From positions 81,989,940-82,053,939 of the forward strand of contig NC_068981.1 of NCBI RefSeq assembly GCF_001194135.2: DNA of 64,000 nucleotides, in the 5' to 3' direction. The stretch comes from Octopus bimaculoides (lineage: Eukaryota). The notes below the pieces were generated by a model. It was not told the origin of the DNA. It saw only the letters and a list, made by a program, of their open reading frames with translations, and searched no databases. How positions within the stretch are numbered: position 1 is the stretch's first letter; the number at the start of each line of letters is the position of its first letter. A program made the translations under genes and the position numbers. Shown one piece after another: positions 1 to 10,157 of this stretch.

Positions 1-205
1 AAAAATATCGTTATAGGTATAAATATACCAAAAACAATTATAGAAAAATGGACGAGAAAAAGATATTGAATCAAAATTAGATTTAATACAAAATAGGATG
101 TATTAAATCCTATTTTGTATTAAATCTAATTTTGATTCAACATCTTTTTCTCCTCCATTTTTCTATAATTGTTTATGGTATATTTATACCTATTACGATA
201 TTTTT
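1..205. repeat. Near-perfect inverted repeat (99-bp arms, 7-nt spacer)
   Basis: 1-99 is the reverse complement of 107-205 with 4 mismatches; the spacer GTATTAA is at 100-106. The left arm may continue beyond the window edge. Confidence 0.93.
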
Positions 206-384
206 CAACTACTATTTTCATATTCTTATTACTTACTCTGGCTATTTTTTTATGAATATGATGAATCTTTATTAGAAATCATTTTTTCTCTCTTTTTGGA
301 CCTCTCGAAAAGTTTTAATTGTTCTTTTTGGAACTTATTTTTTCCTATATAGGTATATGTATACCCTACATACATACACGTGTA

Positions 385-389
385 TGTAC

Positions 390-443
<54 letters not shown>

Positions 444-458
444 ATATATATATATCTG
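385..458. repeat. (TCTA)n/(TA)n microsatellite
   Basis: Direct reading of the sequence. Confidence 0.95.
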
Positions 459-489
459 TAAAAATATGTGACACTTATTAAGTAGCCAT

Positions 490-550
490 GATAAAACTCC
501 GAGTTCCGGATGCCAGGGTGGGAGCCCACGCCAACATCTCTTCAGTTATC
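490..550 (-). ncRNA. Type I hammerhead-like motif, family 1 (core substitution GAAA>GGAA)
   Basis: Minus strand reads GATAA-CTGAAGA-GATGTTGG..hairpin..CTGGCATC-C-GGAA-CTCGGAG-T-T-TTATC. Stem I is GATAA/TTATC; there is a long stem II with one bulged C. Confidence 0.6.
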
Positions 551-1069
551 CGGCCAATTGAAAATTCCAGTGAAAAATGACCGTTAAAAACAAAGGGAAA
601 TTACTGTGTAGTGACAAGGTTAAAACGCATCTAAAACTGCGTATATTATCGCATGCACGCATATAGCCATATACACATGCACATATCTCTATATACGCAC
701 GCATATATCTACATACGCACGCATCCACGTGCACACTCACAAGCATGCACATATAAAGTTCCTTGTACGTGTCTATAAGCGTACAGGAAAAAAGTTTGGG
801 GGGTGGGGTAGAAAACAGAAAAATATGTGTGGAAAAATACAAGAAACATTAACCCTATAATTATGTAAAAAACAAAAGTAATATATAAATATAAAATCTA
901 GGTAAAAAAGTGAAAAGCTTAAACATAGACAATATAGAAACCTATCAGTACAGTCCCATCAGCAGGTCCTATCAGTAAAAATATTTTAAAATGTATAAAA
1001 AATATATAAGAAATGTAAGTAATAATTATAGAGAGACACAAAAATAGAAAGCAAGTTCAATCAGTAAAC

Positions 1070-1330
1070 TCAGGGGAACCAAAAACGTAGCAAATATTTG
1101 GTCACATGTGGACATGATCTGAAAAGTTCAGTCTTTGAATTTAGACATGTGAGAGGGTCTAAGCTGCCTTTCCAGATGAGCCATCTTTCCATATCACATA
1201 GACCGCACCTTCCGCTGCCGCTGGTGTACGGTTTACACTTGGCTAGGATCTTCCAATGGATGTTGTAACTGACACCTTTATCTTTTAAAGACTATATATG
1301 ACTGGATAATTTTGTCGTTTTTCTTTTGTC
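1070..1330 (-). pseudogene. PLE GIY-YIG endonuclease C-terminal fragment
   Basis: Manual translation DKRKTTKLSSHI*SLKDKGVSYNIHWKILAKCKPYTSGSGRCGLCDMERWLIWKGSLDPLTCLNSKTELFRSCPHVTKYLLRFWFP* fits the PLE endonuclease tail pattern (LS..IW.LK, W.IL, RC.LC..E, LN...EL...C.H). One internal stop at 1292-1294. Confidence 0.85.
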
Positions 1331-1335
1331 CCAGT

Positions 1336-1442
1336 GCCACCGTAGATACTGTATCCAATAAGGAAGCAGTTTCCACGAAGAAATACGTGGGCCTCACGGA
1401 GGGTAATTTCAAGGCCAGATACAATAATCATACTTTGAGTTT
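1336..1442 (+). pseudogene. Inverted upstream piece of the same GIY-YIG domain
   Basis: Translates ATVDTVSNKEAVSTKKYVGLTEGNFKARYNNHTLS, matching the YIG-x-T-(E)-x-F-K-x-R-x-x-x-H motif. In the protein it directly precedes the DKRKTT segment on the opposite strand. Confidence 0.82.
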
Positions 1443-1697
1443 AGGAACTTTATTGCTGTTTTTGCTGTAGGTTTATTACATTTGCATACCTCTGACCACT
1501 TTGTATAGCTATCCACAACAATTAGATTGTATGCACCGTTCACAGGTCTAGCGCAGTCGATATGTATCCTGGACCAAGGGCTCTAGTCTCAAGCTACGAT
1601 TGGTATATCACTGGTGGTGCTTTGGTTGCCAACGCGCAACCTCTACATGCTTTCACCGATTTCTCGATGTTCCTGTCCATAGCCGGTCAATATACAA
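1441..1697 (-). pseudogene. Ty3/Gypsy integrase fragment (C2 half of zinc finger plus start of catalytic core)
   Basis: Translates FVY*PAMDRNIEKSVKACRGCALATKAPP, then after a frameshift PWSRIHIDCARPVNGAYNLIVVDSYTKWSEVCKCNKPTAKTAIKFL. Confidence 0.9.
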
Positions 1698-2165
1698 ACC
1701 GACCATTGACCATTACTCTAAATTTTTGGATCAAAGAAGGGATTGCCTACCCATACAGTTAACCGACTACAACGCTGGGGCACAATATTGCTGAACTACA
1801 ATTTTAAGATGCAGTATATTCCGTGGAAGAAAATTGGTCATGCAGACTGCTTATCGGGGTTAATTCCCAAGAGCGTGGAACCGCTAGAAGAGACCGTGAT
1901 AGTATCATTGTTGTCAGAAAATGAAGTAAGAAGTATTGTGTGTAATATAATCTAGGAATTACCGGTGACAGCGCATGATATAAAAATAAAATCCGTAGAG
2001 GATAGTTACATAACAAGAATGAAAGAGACATTGAAAAATAAGCATAATAAAAATACAAGTTCAAATAATTTCTCACTATGCGACGATGTTTTAGTGCACG
2101 TGCAGCGAGTAGTAGTACCAAATGCAACAATTCCCCTGTGGGCACCCGGGAATGTCCAGAATGAT
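1693..2165 (+). pseudogene. Ty3/Gypsy RNase H end, linker and integrase H2 motif (inverted relative to the rest of the element)
   Basis: TDH*PLL*IFGSKKGLPTHTVNRLQRWGTILLNYNFKMQYIPWKKIGHADCLSGLIP (track ORF 1743-1955), then QRVVVP and GHPGMSRM near 2140-2163. Confidence 0.9.
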
Positions 2166-2189
2166 ATTACAGTAACGTTCATGCTCTAA

Positions 2190-2505
2190 CCAAGCTAATT
2201 TTCGCAATAACAAGCTCACTTTTTGTTCGTCCGACTATGATTTGCAATTTTGCTCAAAAATCTCCTCGTATCTTCTGTAGTACGATGCAATAGTTATGCC
2301 CTCCCCTGGGTTAAAGCTGAATTCATTAATCGAGTTCGAAAAGCTGTCTGGCGAAAAGGAACTTATATCATTTTCGGACTTCTTTGCGTATAGCTCCAAT
2401 AATTGTTGTTGTTGTTGCTGTACTAGTTACTACTGCAAGTCCTGTTGCTGTTCTTGTTGTTGCTTTTGCAACTGTATTATAGAAGCTTAATAGGTCTTCC
2501 ATCAT
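2190..2505 (-). pseudogene. Ty3/Gypsy gag N-terminal fragment
   Basis: MEDLL..Q-rich..SINEFSFNPGEGITIASYYRRYEEIFEQNCKS*SDEQKVSLLLRKL resembles the gag N-terminus of Mag-type Gypsy elements; contains stops and a frameshift. Confidence 0.8.
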
Positions 2506-2704
2506 TTAACAAGTTGTATCACGAACAAATTGTTAAGTAACCTACGTCAGCTTCGAAACCTTCGTAGCCAGATGTTGCGATGTCTTTTTTTCCTGTATTT
2601 ATTAATTTTTTTATTTATTTTGGGCCTTCCATACTTGAACAGTTTTGTAACACAAACATTTGTTAACTGACTCCCGTGAGTTCCGAAACTTCGTCGACAA
2701 TTAT

Positions 2705-3067
2705 TGTAACGTTATTGTTACGTACAATAAATAAGAAAACCAGATAAGTAAAAAACAATGTAACGAACTAAGAAATCTCTTTACGAACCAACAATCAATA
2801 TTCCTTGTGAACTAAGCAACCGACACCTTCCGAATTCTCTTCCAACTAACACGAACTTCTTTCGACTCCAAACTTTGAACTTTCGAACTCACTCGGCTAT
2901 TTACTATTTATACATTACTCGGACCAGTCTATCTCTCACAAGGGGGCGCCATAACTCTCATAACAATGCAGCCACATTGAAGAACAAGCTGTCGTGGACA
3001 GACAAGATACAATTATAAAAATTATAAAATTGTAAGCACAATTAAAAATTTATACACTTTTAATACA
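2705..3067 (-). mobile_element. Probable 5' LTR of the Gypsy element
   Basis: Minus strand begins TGTATTA (3067) and ends GTTACA (2705), with TATAAATA near 2905. It is followed by PBS-like TTGTCGACGA (2691-2700) and TGGCTACGAA (2561-2570), then gag. Confidence 0.55.
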
Positions 3068-3074
3068 CATTAAA

Positions 3075-3158
3075 TATGATAAACATAAATAAAAGTGTTT
3101 TCTTTTTAAATTGTCCGATTTCACTGAAAAAACAATTAATTGTGGGGCACCCTGTGTA
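3075..3158. mobile_element. Tc1/mariner-type terminal fragment
   Basis: Ends ..TTGTGGGGCACCCTG followed by TA-rich flank; the CAGGGT terminus matches the element at 12712-13167. Confidence 0.35.
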
Positions 3159-3182
3159 TATATATATATATTTAGATATACG

Positions 3183-3452
3183 ATGAAAGAAGCCCGTCGT
3201 ATATATGTATATATATATATATATATATGTATATGTTTGTGTGTTTGTGTTTGTCTCCCCACATCGCTTGACAACCGATGCTGGTGTGTTTTACGTCCCC
3301 GTAACTTAGCGGTTCGGCAAAAGAGACCGATAGGATAAGTACTAGGCTTACAAAGATTAAGTCCAGGGGTCGATTTGCTCCACTAAAGGCGGTGCTCCAG
3401 CATGGTCGCAGTCAAATGACTGAAGCAAGTAAAAGAGCAAAAGAGTAAAGAG
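3183..3452 (+). mobile_element. SINE family A, 3' portion
   Basis: Shares GAAAGAAGCCCGTCG-(TA/TG)n-ATCGCTTGACAACCGATGCTGG..GGCGGTGCTCCAGCATGG..AAGTAAAAGA with the full copy at 61775-62233. Confidence 0.9.
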
Positions 3453-3532
3453 ATGGGTTTCTTCCAGTTTTCGTCTACAAAATCCATTCATGAGGCTTGG
3501 GTCGGTCCGAGGCTACCAGAAGGTGCCACACA
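3453..3532 (-). mobile_element. SINE family A, head/body fragment running into a gap
   Basis: Reverse complement matches CCTCGG.CCGACC.AAGCCT..TGA.TGGATTT.GTAGACG.AAACTG of family A. Confidence 0.75.
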
Positions 3533-3857
3533 NNNNNNNNNNNNNNNNNNNNNNNNNNNNNNNNNNNNNNNNNNNNNNNNNNNNNNNNNNNNNNNNNNNN
3601 NNNNNNNNNNNNNNNNNNNNNNNNNNNNNNNNNNNNNNNNNNNNNNNNNNNNNNNNNNNNNNNNNNNNNNNNNNNNNNNNNNNNNNNNNNNNNNNNNNNN
3701 NNNNNNNNNNNNNNNNNNNNNNNNNNNNNNNNNNNNNNNNNNNNNNNNNNNNNNNNNNNNNNNNNNNNNNNNNNNNNNNNNNNNNNNNNNNNNNNNNNNN
3801 NNNNNNNNNNNNNNNNNNNNNNNNNNNNNNNNNNNNNNNNNNNNNNNNNNNNNNNNN

Positions 3858-3965
3858 CTTAAAACAAGTATTGGAGTATATTTGTTGGAATAAACTCTTC
3901 AAGACGCCACCTCAGCATGGCTGCAATCCATTGTCTGAAACAAGTAAAAGATAAAAGATAAAAGA
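3858..3965 (+). mobile_element. SINE family A tail
   Basis: CAGCATGGCTGCAATCC..TCTGAAACAAGTAAAAGATAAAAGATAAAAGAT. Confidence 0.75.
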
Positions 3966-4004
3966 TGTTCAAATTACATGCTTACATAAATATGCACATA
4001 TACC

Positions 4005-4030
4005 TACATAACAACACACACACACACACA

Positions 4031-4076
<46 letters not shown>

Positions 4077-4410
4077 CACGCACACATAATTTAATTTACA
4101 TTGGATAAGTGTTCCCAACAGTTTCTTGTCATGGAGACACGTGGTTAAACAGATCTTGATAACGTGCCTTGTGTCTCAGTGGTAAGAAACTATTAGTAGG
4201 TCTTTTATTAACACAGCTTACATTAAATGATATTTATTTCTCTATGGATGGAATACTTTTTTCGTCGGTTGTACCCTAACAGAACAGTAAAGTACACATA
4301 CGTGTGTGTGTGTGTGTGCGTGTATGTTTCCGCTCACACACATGTATATACAAATATGTATAAACACGCACATACACACATGTATGTATGTATGTATGTA
4401 TGTGTGTATG

Positions 4411-4458
<48 letters not shown>

Positions 4459-4826
4459 TAGAGAGAAAGTGAGAGAGAGAGAAAGAGAGAGAGAGAGAGG
4501 GGGAGTGAGACGAACCCCTTGTTTGAAACATACTTGTTCATATAACATCCTTCGTATGATCAGACACGTCGCCAGTCTTTTTAGTTTCGGTAAAGAAACA
4601 TAATTAGATTTGTCAAGAAGGTCGTTAATACGCCTAATAAAGATCTGTATTGTGAGTGGTGTTTAAAGTAAATAATTTTTTTTAAGTGGCATTTAAAAAA
4701 AAGTAACATTATTTCGGTGGGGATAGTTAAGAATTACATAGAGTTGAAAAACAATAAAACGCAAAAACAAAACAAAAACGAACACACACACACATGCATA
4801 CATACATACATATATACACACATACA

Positions 4827-4858
<32 letters not shown>

Positions 4859-5100
4859 AACTTATATATATATGCATATATAAACGTCCTGAAAACTACT
4901 CACAGCCTTGGCTCTGTTATCTCATTTTGTTATATATATTTATATATATATTTATATATATATATTTATATATATTTATATATAGACACACATATATAAA
5001 CATATTTATGTATATGTATGTATAAACATATATGTATGTATATATATATATATATGTGCGTATGTATGTATGTATGTATGTATATACATACATGCGTATA
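4005..5100. repeat. Compound microsatellite cluster (CA, TG, TA, GA, TACA)
   Basis: Tracts at about 4010-4085, 4300-4500 and 4780-5100; explains all track ORFs here. Confidence 0.95.
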
Positions 5101-5526
5101 AATGTAAGTACGAGCATAAGTAACTAAGTACACAACGTTTGAATTAACGTACGTAGAAGTTAGGTTAAGATTAGTAACTGTGGAACACACTTGTTTAACA
5201 GTGGGAGACATAAGCAGTAACATGTCGGCATTATCTGACAATTAGTTGAACTGTTTTATACAAAAGCCCTTAATAATTCCATAAATTTGCTGATATATCA
5301 ACGTTAAATACTCTTTGATGTTATCCAGTGGTTATGTTTTCATGAAATATAGTACGTGAAATTGAAAGATTTTATGGTTGTAAACGCGGTAGTTTAAAGT
5401 TTGTAATAAATTAAAGCAGTAAAGAACTATAAATTTCTGGATTGTTGGGGGTTATCAGATGGAGACTGTCTTCGTATAATGTATATCTTGTAGAACTCAA
5501 CTCAGTGGAGCCAGTGTCTTTACAAG

Positions 5527-5595
5527 TAGTTGTTGCTGTTTAGTCCCACGTCAGTCATGATCGACCAGACTTCTGTGATCAAATACATCCTAATC
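5527..5595 (-). mobile_element. SINE-like family E tail fragment
   Basis: GTTGTTGCTGTTTAGTCCCACGTCAGTCATGATCGACCAGAC resembles 23783-23860 and, on the opposite strand, 50350-50400. Confidence 0.5.
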
Positions 5596-7539
5596 TTTAT
5601 TTTCAAACATAGTTTATCTAGGCTTTTCAAAGAGCCTTTCTTTTTCAAAAGAAGGTGGGGTGGGATTTGTAAGAGATATGGATGCTTTGTTTTTTCATGG
5701 CAAGCTACTTTGGAGAGGATTCTTATACCAGTAGTTCTCAAATTAAGCTATGCGTGTTCCTAGAGGCATGCAATATATATAGTGGCGTTACGCGAAGTTT
5801 GAAGTAGTCTCAATTAGCTAAACGCAACTCGTGTGTCTAAAAAATGTGTAGGAGAGCCTTTTGCTGTTCCCAGTCACGAATCGTTGTTGTGAACAAGAGT
5901 TTTCAATGTTTATAACACAAAGGAAATTTCGTACAAGAATGTGAATTCAGAATATGTGGGTGTGCCGCTCTATAACTGTCTAAAATCGAGTTACTTGTTA
6001 AAAAGAGCAAGCTAATCCATCTCATTATAAATGTAACATGAAATTAAATGAAGTTGACTTTTTTTTATATAGATATAAAGTTTTGTCAATTATAGTCGAT
6101 TATATCGATTCCAGGACTTTTTCGATACCTGGATGTGTGAAAGGCAAAGTTGACCAAGGTGGGATTTGAACTATTTAAATTAAATTAAATATCGATTAAT
6201 ATTGTGTCAATATATTAATTAATCTATTGTCTGCTATATGGTTTCCTGTCATTTTACATTATATTGTTCGCATGGTACACAAACACAATGGAGAGGTAGA
6301 CCAGAGGAAATGTCTGAGAAGCCCTACCCATTACGAATCGTTGATGTTGCCTCACCTTTCAGATCAACTATGATTGAAAATTGAACAAGTCTGTTAACAG
6401 GTATGTTTCAGCCATCACTATCTCATCTGGTTAGGGATGTCTTGAGATATAGTGTATTTGATATTCGATTTCAAAAAGGTAGGATGTGATTTGAGGAACA
6501 GTTGGCTGCTAGTTCTAACAGGTCTGGTGATGGTATAGGCACTTATTGCTTCGTTCTTAGATTATATCCTTGAGTGGATTTGAATTTGAACACATCTTTG
6601 TAAGTTAAATGAACACCCGTAACAGCGAGACAACAAACAAACTCTACGCAGTCACCGGAACTGTTACAATCAGTAGTCAGCTCTCTTGCAAATCAAATTC
6701 AACAGATCTTCAAAATGAAAATGTCACATTAGAAACTGTAGTCCGAGACATACGAACAGTTGGAAGTTGAATCATCTGGAACTTGTTTAACCATAGGCCT
6801 GTTTCTTGAAGACTGCAACGAGATACCAGTTTATTTTAAAGACTTCTCCTGCTTCAATATAGTAAACAATACTCGCATTTCAAATGCAAGATTTTAAAAT
6901 ATTAACTCTGTTATTTCTGCAAATATGAGGCATAATTGTACGATCTTATAGCTCGACGAGATTATAAAACCTGAGAACGTCTTTTCTAATCACTTTTGGC
7001 AGTAATAGCAGTCCTCAGAACGAAGTAACATTTCGCAAACATTCCAACAATCTGTGCGTGGCGTGTGGGCTGATACTAGCCCAGTACATGTTCAAGTTTG
7101 TCTGTCACCTAAATGTTTCGTTGACAGTATGTAACGTAGTGGCAAATTATATCGAAAACTCTGGGCGCTTCGGTACACACATTATTACCTACATTTGCTT
7201 TAGCTTTTATACCAGCATCAATTTAGTTTCGATGGCAATGGAACTGTGTTTTAACTTGTGCAACCCGGTCACTCTTCCATTTTACTATGCTTACAAAATA
7301 TGGTAGGAATGTACCGATGACCACATTGTAGAAGTACAACGAAGTGTTTTCATACTACTATTGAGAAATATATTAATACATAAAACGTTAATAGCTTCTT
7401 TATGTTCGTTAATGATTAGAGTGACCTTTCCAGAATGTAATACTTTCTGTTTCGACACAAGATCTCAAACCGAATCACGTGGTCAACAGGCAGTATCTGC
7501 ATATTCAATTTTATTATTGAATCTAAAAATTTAAAGGAA

Positions 7540-8105
<566 letters not shown>

Positions 8106-8281
8106 ACATGTTTATGAATTTGTTTTGCAAGATTCCTGATGTGAAATCGTGTGTTGAAACAGATATTGTTATATTTCGAGAGGGTCATCTTTTCTTGCCA
8201 AATAAACACACGCGCTATATAATCGTTCTTCACTCGTTTATTATTGTTCTTATTTTATCTTTTGTCGATTGTCTGGAAATC

Positions 8282-8309
8282 TTTCGTCGCACATTTATGA
8301 CCTCTTCAG
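8282..8309 (-). ncRNA. Hammerhead-like core, family 2 (left arm)
   Basis: CTGAAGA-G-GTCATA-AATG-TGCGAC-GAAA on the minus strand; stem II has one mismatch; stems I and III are weak. Confidence 0.45.
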
Positions 8310-8449
8310 CGACTTTTCCATCCACGTGTTTTATTCTGTACTGTTTAGCAATGGTCTCCAAAACAATAGGTGCGTTAATTTAGATGGCTGCATATTCACA
8401 ACGGTATATTCGTAAATAGAACAGGGGGAACATGTGGATGGAAGATTTG

Positions 8450-8485
8450 CTGAAGAGGTCACAGTTGTGTGACGAAAGATTTCTA
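8450..8485 (+). ncRNA. Hammerhead-like core, family 2 (right arm)
   Basis: CTGAAGA(8450-8456)-G-GTCACA-GTTG-TGTGAC-GAAA(8474-8477)-GATTTCTA; perfect 6-bp stem II, but stem I is not convincingly paired. Confidence 0.5.
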
Positions 8486-8689
8486 GACAATGGACATAAG
8501 ATAAAATAACAACTATGATAAACGAGTGAAGAACAAATATATAGTGCGTGTGTATTTAGCAACAAAAAGAAATGACCGTCCTGCACACATTAGGAGAAAA
8601 AACTTCTTCCCAAACAAGGTCAGTAACAACTTGATAAAAGATTTTATTGCATACATACATACATACATCATACATACATACATACATAC

Positions 8690-8892
8690 TTGGTTGTTTC
8701 CCCTCACCGCTTGACAGCCATTATTGGTTTGTATGCATCCCCGTAACTTAGAGGTTCGGCAAAAGAGACCGATAGAATAAGTACCAGACTAAACAATAGT
8801 ACTGGGGTCAATTTGTCCGACTAAACCTTTGAAGACGGTGCCCCAGCATGGCCGTAGTCCAATGTCTGAAACAAGTAAAAGATAACAGATAC
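8690..8892 (+). mobile_element. SINE family A 3' half
   Basis: CCCCGTAACTTAG.GGTTCGGCAAAAGAGACCGATAGAATAAGTAC..CCAGCATGGCCGTAGTCC..GAAACAAGTAAAAGA. Confidence 0.85.
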
Positions 8893-8920
8893 TAATTAAT
8901 ATTATTAATTTCATTTCATT

Positions 8921-9140
8921 AAGGCAGCGAGCTGCCAGAATCGTTAGCACGCTGGACAAAATGCTTAGCGGTATTTCATCTGTCTTTACGTTGTCAGTTC
9001 AAATTCTGCCGAGGCCGACTTTGCCTTTCATCCTTTCGGGATCAATAAAATAAATACCAGTTGAACACTGGAATCGATGTGATCAACTTACCCTACCGTC
9101 ACGAAATTGCTGACCTTGTGCCAAACTTTGAAACTAATAT
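8921..9140 (+). mobile_element. SINE family B
   Basis: GGCAGCGAGCTG.CAGAATCGTTAGCAC..AGTTCAAATTC.GCCGAGG.CGACTTTGCCTTTCATCCTTTCGGG; more than 20 related copies in the window. Confidence 0.9.
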
Positions 9141-9586
9141 TACTATTTTCATTAGAATGAACTAAGTGTTTAGGACGAATTGTCGCCATCTTAGTGTTAG
9201 AAATCCGTTTATCTTTTATTTCTCATTAGAATCAAAACACACGGGAAAAAAGGCGCAAACACTTTCTGGAACAGGAACGATGTTCAAAACTATGTGTATG
9301 TGAATTTAGATGGCTGCATATTCGCAACGGTATATTCGTAATTATACTGAGGCATTAAGAAAGTGATGCAGTTTCGAATACAATGGAGTTGATGTTTTTC
9401 TACGTATATACTGTCCATCTTTCCGAACATTTTGCTTGTACGTGTGCATGCTGCTATTCACTGTTGTGAATATGTGAAACTCTAAGTCCTTGTGTTTCTC
9501 TGCAACTTCTGTCGATTATGGATAAATAACGTAAATATATATATATTCTCATAGTTTAACTTCTGTTTTCCTATTTGCATCACCAA

Positions 9587-9587
<1 letters not shown>

Positions 9588-9644
<57 letters not shown>

Positions 9645-9681
9645 TTATCTATCTGTCTGTCTAGCTATCTATCTATCTGTA

Positions 9682-9736
<55 letters not shown>

Positions 9737-9775
9737 GCCTTTCTGTCTGTCTGTCTGTATGTATGTATGTATACA
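9588..9775. repeat. (TCTA)n/(TCTG)n/(TGTA)n microsatellite
   Basis: Direct reading. Confidence 0.95.
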
Positions 9776-10118
9776 TCGAGTTTTCATCAACTGACTTTAT
9801 GTGATAGGTATATATTACGAGTAATCAGTGTGGTTTATCACTGAAATTCTCGCTTGAACTGCAACCGAAAAAAGTAGTGTTGAAACTGTTTATCGAAGGC
9901 GGCTAAAAATGGCTTCTCCTTGAGCAGATGAGTATAGATTAAAATAAAAAATGGAAAAGTAAAACATTTGGCACCAGTCGAAAAATAACAAAAACCAAAA
10001 AAAAACATTTAATCTAGATAGAAAAAATATTTAATTTAGATAGTGGATTTCAGTTTTTATTTTAATCTATATACATATAAACTTATATATTTGTGTGAGT
10101 GTATGTGTGTATCTATGT

Positions 10119-10157
<39 letters not shown>

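Larger units (their letters stand above)
465..1442 (-). mobile_element. Penelope-like retroelement remnant: GIY-YIG 3' part, AT-rich UTR, hammerhead-bearing terminal region
   Basis: Endonuclease C-terminus at 1070-1330 (-), inverted YVG-motif piece at 1336-1442 (+), hammerhead-like motif at 490-550 (-). A second copy of the terminal region lies at about 40470-40690. Confidence 0.8.
8183..8577. mobile_element. Foldback element with about 150-bp diverged inverted arms, each carrying a hammerhead-like core
   Basis: 8183-about 8330 is the diverged reverse complement of about 8428-8577. A spacer piece is repeated at about 9303-9340 and another arm copy lies at about 57835-57957. Confidence 0.85.
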
